DNA of 27,723 nt from Paludibacteraceae bacterium (GTDB taxonomy: Bacteria > Bacteroidota > Bacteroidia > Bacteroidales > Paludibacteraceae), in contig JAGCIZ010000255.1 in NCBI GenBank assembly GCA_017648235.1, positions 1-27,723 of the forward strand, read 5' to 3'. Below, in pieces: positions 18,426-26,744 of this stretch. Position 1 is the stretch's first letter; each line of letters begins with the position of its first letter. The position numbers were made by a program, and so were the translations under genes. Under the pieces are notes generated by a model. It did not search any database. It saw nothing but the letters and a program-made list of their open reading frames with translations, and was not told the origin of the DNA.

Positions 18426-19358
18426 ATGACGAAAAAACAAAAAAGACATCATGATAACTTTTTTAGAACCGTTTTCTCTGAACCGAAAAACGCCGCAAGC
18501 CTCCTTACGCTAGCAAGCAAAAGTAACCCGCATCTTGCGGAATTGCTAACACTTGTAAACCTTGATACGCTCCAGGAAATTCCAGGAACGGCTCCACGAG
18601 AAGGTTTCTCCGGACAAAGCGACATTACATTTCAAGTAGAGTTAAACAATTCTAATCAAAAAGCGCATTTAATTGTTGGATTGATTCTTGAGCACAAATC
18701 TTACCGCGATTCAAATGTCCGTAAACAGTTGCTAAAGTATTTCTTCGAAGTAATGCAACAAAAAGCTGGCGATATTCCTGTGGTTGCCATAATCGTTTAC
18801 AATGGTCGCGAAAAATGGAATCCATTAAACGCCAAACCGTACCCAAAATACCCTGAATTTTTCCAAAATGTGGGTTTGCCATTCCATTTGGAATTTATTG
18901 ACGTAGGCCATTCTGAACTTGATTTAAGTTCTTTAGACCCACAATTAGCACTTGTTTTGGTTGCTATGCGTTATGCTTTTGATTCATTTGGGCAACAAGC
19001 CGCTTTTAAAGAAGCACTTGCATCGCTTTTAAAACAAGGAAACAGCTATTCTTCTGTTTTAGAAGAAATTTTGGTATATTTGAGAGAAACGCTTCCACAA
19101 CAAGAAAAGGAAACCATTATGGACTCTTTAGAAGTTTTAGAAAACAAAGGCTACACTTCTATCGCTGAAGCCGATTACGAAGAAGGTTTCCTTGAAGGTG
19201 AGGCTAAAGGCAAAGCGGAAGGCTTTTTGGATGGAGAAATCAAAGGCATTAATGATGCTAAACGTGAAATGGCAAAAGTGATGCTTATGGAAGGAATTCC
19301 TATTGATAAAATCAGAATCATTTCTGGTCTTTCTGAGCAAGAAATTAAAGAACTATAA
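18426..19358 (+). CDS. Rpn family recombination-promoting nuclease / putative transposase (PD-(D/E)XK, YhgA-like)
   Basis: HHDNFFRTVFS, SDITF, ILEHKSY, QLLKY, IIVYNG, TSIAE followed by EG-repeat tail and SGLSEQEI. Confidence 0.88.
   Translation: MTKKQKRHHDNFFRTVFSEPKNAASLLTLASKSNPHLAELLTLVNLDTLQEIPGTAPREGFSGQSDITFQVELNNSNQKAHLIVGLILEHKSYRDSNVRKQLLKYFFEVMQQKAGDIPVVAIIVYNGREKWNPLNAKPYPKYPEFFQNVGLPFHLEFIDVGHSELDLSSLDPQLALVLVAMRYAFDSFGQQAAFKEALASLLKQGNSYSSVLEEILVYLRETLPQQEKETIMDSLEVLENKGYTSIAEADYEEGFLEGEAKGKAEGFLDGEIKGINDAKREMAKVMLMEGIPIDKIRIISGLSEQEIKEL
19119..19358 (+). CDS. Candidate intragenic small Rpn protein (RpnS-like antitoxin, 79 aa), in frame with rpn
   Basis: AAGGA at 19107-19111, 7 nt, then in-frame ATG at 19119, shortly upstream of TSIAE. 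Confidence 0.5.
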   Translation: MDSLEVLENKGYTSIAEADYEEGFLEGEAKGKAEGFLDGEIKGINDAKREMAKVMLMEGIPIDKIRIISGLSEQEIKEL

Positions 19359-19380
19359 TTTTTGAATTGATTTAATCTAA

Positions 19381-19407
19381 CCTCCTGCTTTTCAGCAGGA
19401 GGCTTTT
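19381..19407 (+). terminator. Intrinsic terminator after rpn
   Basis: CCTCCTGCT-TTTC-AGCAGGAGG-CTTTT. Confidence 0.85.
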
Positions 19408-19445
19408 GATTTTTTTACTTGTAAGGACTTCTTGATAAGTTTTAC

Positions 19446-19482
19446 AGATGGCCACGAGGCACAAGACCTCTCTCCATAACAA
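19446..19482 (+). repeat. Degenerate single REP-like unit
   Basis: AGATGGCCACG..CTCTCCATAACAA versus AGATGGCCGCG..CTCGCCATGACAA at 18165-18204. Confidence 0.5.
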
Positions 19483-19487
19483 ATTAT

Positions 19488-20351
19488 TTAAAAATGTTTT
19501 TTTGCCCGAGAATTCTTATTAGAAGCCAATGCAATCCCATTATCCTGAATCACAATTTTCCCTTCGCGGAAAAGCCCACCAATCAACTTTTTAAAAGCCT
19601 TTTTAGAAAGTCCAAAATGTTCTTGAATCTCTTCTGGTGGCGTTTTATCGCCATAAGGCAAAAAACCACCAGCTTCTTTCAATTCGCGAAGCAAACCAGC
19701 ATCATGGGAACGCACCGTATTATAGCCAACAGGAAATCTTGAAAGCGTAATTTTCCCATCAGGACGAATATCTTCAATGTAGCCATCAATCTGATCGCCG
19801 ATATAAAGACGCTCTTCGTTTTTGTGCAAATAAAGCCTGCCATAACTACGAAGGTTAATAAGACATTCTGCAAACGAATCTTCCATTTCGTAAATTGCAA
19901 GAGAAACCTTTTGCCCCACTCGTAACTCGCTAATATCGGTTTCAAAAAAGCGGCGCAACTTTTCGGTAGCCACAAGACGCCCACTTTTCTGGTCGACAAG
20001 TGCATAAATAACGCACTTATCGCCCTTGCGTAATTCGCCACCAAGTTGCTGCTTGTAGGGTAGTAAAAGGTCTTTATCAAGCCCCCAATCTAAAAAAGCC
20101 CCGATAGAATTCACATCTTTCACTTCAAGAACTGCAAAATGGTTTGCTTCAACAAGAGGCGTTTCTGTAGTAGCAATCGGCCTATCTTCGCTATCTAGGT
20201 AGATAAACGCATCAATAAAATCGCCCACTTTTAACCCAACTGGCGCTTTAGAACCAGGCAATAAAACGCGTTCTCCTTGTTCGGTTTCCAAGTAAAAACC
20301 TTGAGGAAGTTCATCTTTCACAACAGTATGGTAAAATCGACCTATTTGCAT
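19488..20351 (-). CDS. cvfB: CvfB/YitL family S1 RNA-binding protein
   Basis: FIYLDSEDRPIATT, GAFLDWGLDKDLLLP, C-terminal winged helix GGFLPYGDKTPPEEIQEHFGLSKKAFKKLIGGL. Confidence 0.88.
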   Translation of the reverse strand: MQIGRFYHTVVKDELPQGFYLETEQGERVLLPGSKAPVGLKVGDFIDAFIYLDSEDRPIATTETPLVEANHFAVLEVKDVNSIGAFLDWGLDKDLLLPYKQQLGGELRKGDKCVIYALVDQKSGRLVATEKLRRFFETDISELRVGQKVSLAIYEMEDSFAECLINLRSYGRLYLHKNEERLYIGDQIDGYIEDIRPDGKITLSRFPVGYNTVRSHDAGLLRELKEAGGFLPYGDKTPPEEIQEHFGLSKKAFKKLIGGLFREGKIVIQDNGIALASNKNSRAKKHF

Positions 20352-20411
20352 GGCATAAAGTTAGTTTATTTTTTCTATTCCGACTTGGAAGACTTCTTTT
20401 TCACAAACCTA

Positions 20412-20440
20412 TTGATTTTTTTTGAAATAGATACTAATTT
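20412..20440 (+). promoter_or_regulatory. Putative sigma70 promoter for sRNA-A
   Basis: TTGATT-17 nt-TAATTT; predicted +1 near 20447 coincides with the 5' end of the structured RNA. Confidence 0.4.
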
Positions 20441-20446
20441 TTCACA

Positions 20447-20522
20447 CATCTGGATGAGTCGTGCAATGCCTGATTCCCGTTGTACGCCAGATACAAAGAA
20501 GCCTTCATCTGGGGGCTTTTTT
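20447..20522 (+). ncRNA. Candidate structured small RNA A
   Basis: AUCUGG/CCAGAU stem, CGUGCAAUG/CGUUGUACG stem, then G-U-rich terminator AAGCCUUCA-UC-UGGGGGCUU-UUUU. No known family recognised. Confidence 0.5.
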
Positions 20523-20554
20523 GTTTTTTTAAGAAAAAATTAAACTCGCACTGC

Positions 20555-20639
20555 AAAAAAAAAGAGAACGACGCCGTTAAGCGCCGCTCTAAATGTTTTC
20601 ACAACGGAATAATCCTTATTGTGAATTGCTTCAGATTTT
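20555..20639 (-). ncRNA. Candidate structured small RNA B
   Basis: UCUGAA/UUUAGA stem, UUCACAAU/GUUGUGAA stem, terminator AGAGCGGCGC-UUAACG-GCGUCGUUCU followed by C and U9. Confidence 0.55.
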
Positions 20640-20645
20640 GAAATA

Positions 20646-20673
20646 AATATACAAAGAAAAATCTGAAAGTCAA
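20646..20673 (-). promoter_or_regulatory. Putative sigma70 promoter for sRNA-B
   Basis: Minus strand TTGACT-16 nt-TATATT; +1 near 20639. Confidence 0.55.
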
Positions 20674-20884
20674 CACTTTTTTTGAAAAATTTTAAAAATA
20701 AAAAAAAGATATGCAATATTTTATTGTGTCAAAAATTGATATAGATTTGTGTTTATTTTTATAAGTTTTGACTTGATGAAAAACAGATAAAAATTGCGGA
20801 AATTCGCACAAAAAAGCAAATTTTTTGAAACTACGTAAGAAAAAAGAGAGTATTTTAGGAGAAAAATGATTTAAGGAGTATAAT

Positions 20885-23800
20885 ATGACAACTATTAACA
20901 AATTTTGTGGACAGGGGAATGGGTATTCAGTTTCAAAAACATTATGTTTTGAATTAAAACCATAGGAAAAACTTTAGAAAATATTTCCACAGGGAAATTT
21001 TTGGAATCAGATAAGAAAAAATCTGAAGATTATAAAGATGCAAAAAAAATAATAGATAATTATCATTGTTATTTTATTGATGATGTATTAAAAACACTGT
21101 CTTTAAATTGGGAAAATTTAGCAAAAGAGATAAATGAATATCGTAAGTCAAAAAGCGACGATGTAAACTTGCTTTCTGCTCAGCAAAAACAACGTGATGA
21201 AATATTAAAAGTATTTAATTCAGATAAACGTTTTAAAGCTTTAATAGCATCAACGCCAAAGGATTTATTTAATAAACTTTTACCAGAATGGTTTAAAAAA
21301 GATAATTCTGTAGAGTTAAATAAAGAAGCAACAGAAACATTTAAAAGATTTTATTCATATTTTAAAGGGTTTCAAGAAAATAGAGAAAATGTATATTCTT
21401 CAAAAGAAATTCCAACAGCCGTTCCATATAGAATAGTAAATGATAATTTTCCAAAATTCTTATCAAACATTTCAGTATTTGAAACAATTCAAAAAAAATG
21501 TCCTGATGTTATTACTGATGTTGAAAATGAACTAAAAGAATATTTAGGAAATGAAAAACTTTCTGATATTTTTTCAATTCAATCTTTTAACAAATATCTC
21601 TGTCAAAGTGGTGCAGAAAATCAAAGAGGAATTGATTTTTATAATCAAATAATTGGCGGCATTGTTGAAAAAGATAAAGAGCAAAATTTACGAGGAATAA
21701 ATCAATTCCTAAATCTTTATTGGCAACAACATCCAGAATTTGCAAAGAACAATAAAAGAATAAAAATGGTTCCTCTTTTTAAGCAGATTTTAAGTGATAG
21801 AACAAGTCTTTCATTCAAAATAGAAGCTATTGATTCTGATGATGAATTAATACAAGCAATTGAAGATTGTGCTAATAAGTTAGAAGAAAAATCAAAAGAT
21901 GATGGAAAATCCATTTTTGAAAAATGTTGTGAATTATTTGATTCTATAAATGAACAAGATTTGAATGAAATTTATATTAACAGAAAAGACATTAATAATT
22001 TTTCGCGTATTCTTACTGGAGATTGGGCTTGGCTACAAGCAAGAATGAATTATTACGCGGAAGAAAAATTTACAACAAAGGCAGAGAAATCTCGCTGGGT
22101 AAAATCTTTAGAAGATGAAGGAGAAAATAAATCAAAGGGATTTTATACACTTGCAGAGTTAAATGATGTTTTAAAATACTCAAGCGATAATATACCTGAA
22201 ACAAATATTAGAATTGCAGATTATTTTGGACGTAGGTATAGATATTTTTACGAAAAAGAAACAGGTAATTATATTCCAAGTGAAGAACTTGTTGCTCTTT
22301 CAATAGAAGAAATGTGTGATGATATTCTAGTAAAAAGAAAAAATATGGATAAGGCATTTGAAACTTCAGAAAAAGAAAAATTACAAGAAGATTCTGAAAC
22401 AGTTTCTAAAATAAAAGATTATCTTGATTCATTGCAAGAATTACTTCATCGCGTAAAACCTTTAAAAGTAAACGGTGTAGGAGAGTCTTCTTTTTATGCA
22501 AATTTTGACACAGTTTATAACGCATTAAAAGAAGTAATTTCTGTTTACAATAAAACCAGAAATTATCTAACAAAAAAAGTAGCATCACCAGAGAAATATA
22601 AATTAAACTTTGATAATCCAACTTTAGCTGATGGATGGGATTTAAACAAAGAACAAGCAAATACATCTGTTTTGTTTCGCAAAAATGGAATGTTTTATAT
22701 TGGAATAATGAATCCAAAAGATAAACCAAAATTTGCTGAAAAATACGAAGTGAAAGATGAAGATTTTTATGAAAAAATGGTTTATAAATTATTACCAGGG
22801 CCAAACAAAATGTTACCTAAAGTTTTCTTTTCTACAAAAGGAAAAGAAACATTTAATCCTCCAAAAGAAATCTTAAACGATTATGAAAAAGGTAAACATA
22901 AAAAAGGAGATTCATTTGACATTGATTTTTGTCATAAATTAATTGATTGGTTTAAAAATGCTATAAATCAACATGAAGATTGGAAAAAATTTGATTTCAA
23001 ATTCTCTGATACAAAAAATTATAAAGATATAAGTGATTTTTATCGTGAAGTAACAGAACAAGGCTACAAACTTTCTTTTACAAATATTCCTGTGTCAGAA
23101 ATTGAAAAAATGGTTGAAGATGGAAAACTTTATTTGTTCCAAATTTACAACAAAGATTTTTCATCAGAATCAAAAGGAACACCAAATATGCATACTCTTT
23201 ATTGGAAAAATCTTTTTAGTGAAGAAAATCTAAAAGATGTGTGTTTAAAATTAAATGGAGAAGCAGAACTTTTTTATCGTCCTGTTGGAATCAAAAATCC
23301 TATCGTGCATAAAAAAGATTCGTATCTTGTAAACAAACTTACAAAAGATGGTAAATCTATTCCAGAAAATATTTATGAAGAAATTTATAAAAACGCTAAT
23401 GGAAAATTGGATAAACTTTCAAAAGATGCTGAAGAATATAAAAGAACTCATGATGTTGTCATAAAAGTTGCAAAACATGACATTATAAAAGACAAACATT
23501 ATACGGTGCCAAAATTCTTGTTCCATGTTCCAATTACAATTAATTTCAAAGCTTCTGGAAATTCTTATTCATTAAATGAAAATGTAAGAAAATTTCTAAA
23601 AAATAATCCAGATGTTAATATTATTGGACTTGATAGAGGGGAACGTCATTTGATTTATCTTTCATTAATAAATCAAAAAGGAGAAATTCTAGAACAGTTT
23701 AGTTTTAATACAGTTGAACAAAGTCGAAATGATGCTGAACCAAGAATCATTGATTATCATGAAAAATTAAATCAACGGGAAAAGGAACGAGATGAAGCTA

Positions 23801-24864
23801 GAAAAAGTTGGCAAACAATAGGAAAAATTGCTGAATTAAAAGAAGGCTATCTTTCTGCTGTAATTCATAAACTTGCACAGTTAATGATTAAACATAACGC
23901 AATAGTTGTAATGGAAGATTTAAACTTTGGATTTAAACGAGGTCGTTTCCATGTAGAAAAACAAGTTTATCAAAAATTTGAGCATATGCTTATTGATAAA
24001 TTAAATTATCTTGTTTTTAAGGATAAAGGACTTACTGAAGCTGGTGGAGTTCTGAATGGGTATCAACTTGCAAGTCAGTTTGAGAGTTTCCAAAAATTAG
24101 GAAAACAATCTGGGATGTTGTTTTACGTGCCTGCAGGTTATACTTCAAAAATTGATCCTAAAACTGGCTTTGTAAATATGTTCAATTTTAAGGATTTAAC
24201 AAATGTTCATAAAAAGCGTGATTTCTTCAGTAACTTTAAAAGTATATCCTTTGATAACGATACAGATTCTTTTGTGTTTACTTTTGATTACAAAGACTTT
24301 AACGGAAAAGCAAAAGAAGAAATGTTTATTAGTAAATGGTCTGTTTATTCAAGAGAAAAAAGAATTGTGTATTATTCAAAAACAAAATCTTATGAAGATG
24401 TTTTGATTACAGAAAAACTAAAATCAGCTTTCCAAAAAGTGAATATCGATTATACAAACGGAAATGATTTATTAGATTCTATTATGGGAATTGGTGCTGA
24501 TTTGAAAAATGGAGAAAAACCATCTAAAGAAGTTGCAGATTTCTGGGATACATTGCTTTATAACTTCAAACTTATTCTTCAAATGCGTAACTCCAATGCA
24601 CGAACCGAAGAGGATTATATTATTTCACCAGTAAAAGCTCCTGATGGAACTTTCTTCGATTCTCGTGAAGAAGGTAAAAAAGAACACAATGCAACCTTAC
24701 CAAAAGACGCAGACGCAAACGGTGCATATCATATTGCATTAAAAGGCTTGAGTTTATTAAAGCGATTTGATGTAGCAGATGAAAAGTCTTTGAAGAAATT
24801 TGATATGAAAATTTCCAACGCCGATTGGTTTAAGTTTGTTCAGGAGAAAGAATATAAGGATTAA
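20885..24864 (+). pseudogene. cas12a: cas12a (type V-A effector) with a 1-nt frameshift at ~20962; real lesion or sequence error
   Basis: AAGGAG plus ATG 20885 gives MTTINKFCGQGNGYSVSKTLCFELKP then TAG (20963-20965); the -1 frame continues IGKTLENI into the 21001-24864 ORF. RuvC IIGLDRGERHL, VVMEDLN and DADANGAY, Nuc LQMRNS and PI KLLPGPNKMLPKVF are all intact. Confidence 0.9.
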
Positions 24865-24872
24865 ATTCTAAA

Positions 24873-24903
24873 ACCAACTGTCGACATTTTGTCGATAGTT
24901 GGT
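24873..24903 (+). promoter_or_regulatory. Long intergenic stem-loop between cas12a and cas4
   Basis: ACCAACTGTCGACA-TTT-TGTCGATAGTTGGT (14 bp, one G-U pair), no U-tract, directly followed by the cas4 RBS GGAG. Confidence 0.6.
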
Positions 24904-24914
24904 GGAGTTTAAAG

Positions 24915-25496
24915 ATGGAACTTTACCTAAAAATTAGTTATCTAAACGATTTTATATTTTGTCCGCTTTCAATTTATTATCATCAGCTTTATGGAAGCCT
25001 TTCTGAACGTCTTTATTATGGAGCACCGCAATTAGACGGAAAGGCTGCACATGAAGCAATTGATGAAAAACGATATTCAACCCATAAAAATATTTTGCAA
25101 AGTTTAGATATTTATTCTGATGAGTATAAATTGTGTGGCAAAATAGACATTTTTGATACTGAAAAAGGTTTGCTAACTGAACGTAAAAAGCATATTGAAA
25201 CAATTTATGACGGATATGTTTTTCAGTTGTATGCACAATGTATGTGTTTGCGAGAAATGGGGTATACAGTAAAACAACTTAGATTTTATTCTAGTGATGA
25301 TAATAAATTATATCCTATTCCTTTGCCAGAAGATGATGTTCAAATGTTTGAAAAGTTCAAGACAACAAACAAAGCAATGCAAAATTTTAATATGGAATCT
25401 TTTGTGCCACAAAATGAAGATAAATGTAAAAACTGTATTTACAACGATTTTTGCGACAGACCATTAGCACCAAAATCCTATAACGGAGGATTTTAA
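24915..25496 (+). CDS. cas4: Type V-A Cas4
   Basis: LNDFIFCPLSIY, GKIDIFD, LTERKK, QLYAQ, CKNCIYNDFC Fe-S cysteines. Confidence 0.93.
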   Translation: MELYLKISYLNDFIFCPLSIYYHQLYGSLSERLYYGAPQLDGKAAHEAIDEKRYSTHKNILQSLDIYSDEYKLCGKIDIFDTEKGLLTERKKHIETIYDGYVFQLYAQCMCLREMGYTVKQLRFYSSDDNKLYPIPLPEDDVQMFEKFKTTNKAMQNFNMESFVPQNEDKCKNCIYNDFCDRPLAPKSYNGGF

Positions 25497-25497
25497 A

Positions 25498-26469
25498 ATG
25501 ATGAGTACAAGAGATTTTGAACATAAACAAATTGCTTTTGTTTTTACAGATGAAGAAGAAAAAATCAGTTTCAAAAATGATAATTTAATTGTGGCCGATA
25601 GAGATGGAAAAATAAAACATCAATCAACTTGTTATAGACTTTTTGCGTTATTTATTTGTGGTAATTATTCTTTAACAACGGGTGTTTTAGAAAAATCAAA
25701 AAAATTTGGATTTACTATTGTTTTTATGACTCCAAATTTACGAGTAACTTCAATTATGCCTGCCAAAGCCGAAGGGAATGTTTTGCTTAGACAAAAGCAA
25801 TATTTTTATAATCAGACGGATATTGGTGCATATATTATTTCAAATAAATTACATAATCAGAATTTTTTGTTAAAACGGAAACGCTCAAAAACAGAACATG
25901 AAAAAATGATTATTGAAAAATTAGATGAATATGAAAAAATAGTTTTAGCACCTGGCTTGAGTTTACAAGAAATTATGGGAATAGAAGGAATAGGCGCGAA
26001 AATTTATTTTAATTCTCTTTTTTCTGCTTATGATTGGAAATCTAGACAACCAAGAGTGAAAAATGATATTACAAATACTTTGATGGATATTGGTTATACG
26101 ATTTTATTTAATATTATAAACGCTCTTTTAGAAATGTATGGTTTTGATGTTTATGTCGGTGTGTTGCATACACAATTTTTTCATAGAAAATCATTAGTTT
26201 GTGATTTAGAAGAACCTTTTAGACCTATTGTTGATTCTGCTATTTTAAAAGCTCTTAATTTAGGACAAGTAAAAGAAAAAGATTTTTGGAAAAAGCAAAA
26301 TCAATATATACTTCCATGGAAAAATTCTAAAAAGTATGTAGGGATTATTTTAGAGGCAATTTTAGAATACAGAAATGAAATATTTATATACCTTCAGAAT
26401 TATTATAGAGCGTTTATGCAAGAAAAACCTATTCAAGAATTTCCTGTATTTTATATGGAGGAAGCTTAA
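25498..26469 (+). CDS. cas1: Type V-A Cas1
   Basis: MGIEGIGAKIYF, NTLMDIGYTILF, GVLHTQF, SLVCDLEEPFRPIVD; GGAGG RBS. Confidence 0.95.
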   Translation: MMSTRDFEHKQIAFVFTDEEEKISFKNDNLIVADRDGKIKHQSTCYRLFALFICGNYSLTTGVLEKSKKFGFTIVFMTPNLRVTSIMPAKAEGNVLLRQKQYFYNQTDIGAYIISNKLHNQNFLLKRKRSKTEHEKMIIEKLDEYEKIVLAPGLSLQEIMGIEGIGAKIYFNSLFSAYDWKSRQPRVKNDITNTLMDIGYTILFNIINALLEMYGFDVYVGVLHTQFFHRKSLVCDLEEPFRPIVDSAILKALNLGQVKEKDFWKKQNQYILPWKNSKKYVGIILEAILEYRNEIFIYLQNYYRAFMQEKPIQEFPVFYMEEA

Positions 26470-26744
26470 TGTTGTTAGTAAGTTATGATATTTGCAATGA
26501 TAAAGTTAGAACGAAATTCTCAAAATTTTTATCAAAATTTGGTTTTCGATTACAGTATTCTGTTTTTGAAATTCATAATAGCGAAGCTGTTTTACGAAAT
26601 ATTATGACTGAAATTGAAAATAATTATGTTAAGTCCTTTACGGAGGAAGATAGCATTATTATATTTAACTTGTCTGCAACTTGTAAAAAAACTTGTTACG
26701 GATATGCCAAAAATGAAGAAAAAGATTTCTTTCTGATTGGTTAG
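26469..26744 (+). CDS. cas2: Cas2
   Basis: LLVSYDI, GFRLQYSVFE; TAATG overlap with cas1. Confidence 0.95.
   Translation: MLLVSYDICNDKVRTKFSKFLSKFGFRLQYSVFEIHNSEAVLRNIMTEIENNYVKSFTEEDSIIIFNLSATCKKTCYGYAKNEEKDFFLIG

Noticed and set aside
11837-18452. ORFs 11837-12112, 17860-18150 and 18207-18452
   Set aside because: They are translations of the palindromic repeat mosaics, with non-ATG starts, no RBS and no protein-like features.
18426-19358. rpn as an autonomous IS element
   Set aside because: No terminal inverted repeats or target-site duplication are visible, and Rpn/YhgA proteins are not demonstrated transposases.
20447-20639. Assigning sRNA-A or B to tracrRNA, SRP, SAM, TPP, cobalamin or purine riboswitch families, or treating the pair as MITE ends
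   Set aside because: There is no extended anti-repeat and the core consensus motifs are absent or fragmentary. No target-site duplication is visible, and each unit has its own promoter and terminator.
20277-20901. ORFs 20277-20543 and 20692-20901
   Set aside because: Low-complexity, AT-rich intergenic or antisense frames overlapping promoters and terminators.
20950-20965. Programmed -1 ribosomal frameshift restoring Cas12a
   Set aside because: There is no X_XXY_YYZ heptamer or downstream stimulatory stem. Slipping on TTA AAA would give LKTIG rather than the conserved LKPIG, so a 1-nt deletion is simpler.
21001-24864. TTG 21001 as the normal cas12a start, or the effector being Cas12a2 or another new subtype
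   Set aside because: The conserved N-terminal motif lies upstream in another frame. REC, PI, RuvC and Nuc motifs are those of canonical Cas12a.
1035-25236. Numerous 60-140 aa ORFs antisense to or nested in long genes (for example 3046-3297, 7274-7657, 10445-10870, 19679-20080, 22406-22804)
   Set aside because: Shadow ORFs of well-supported genes, with no motifs or RBS.
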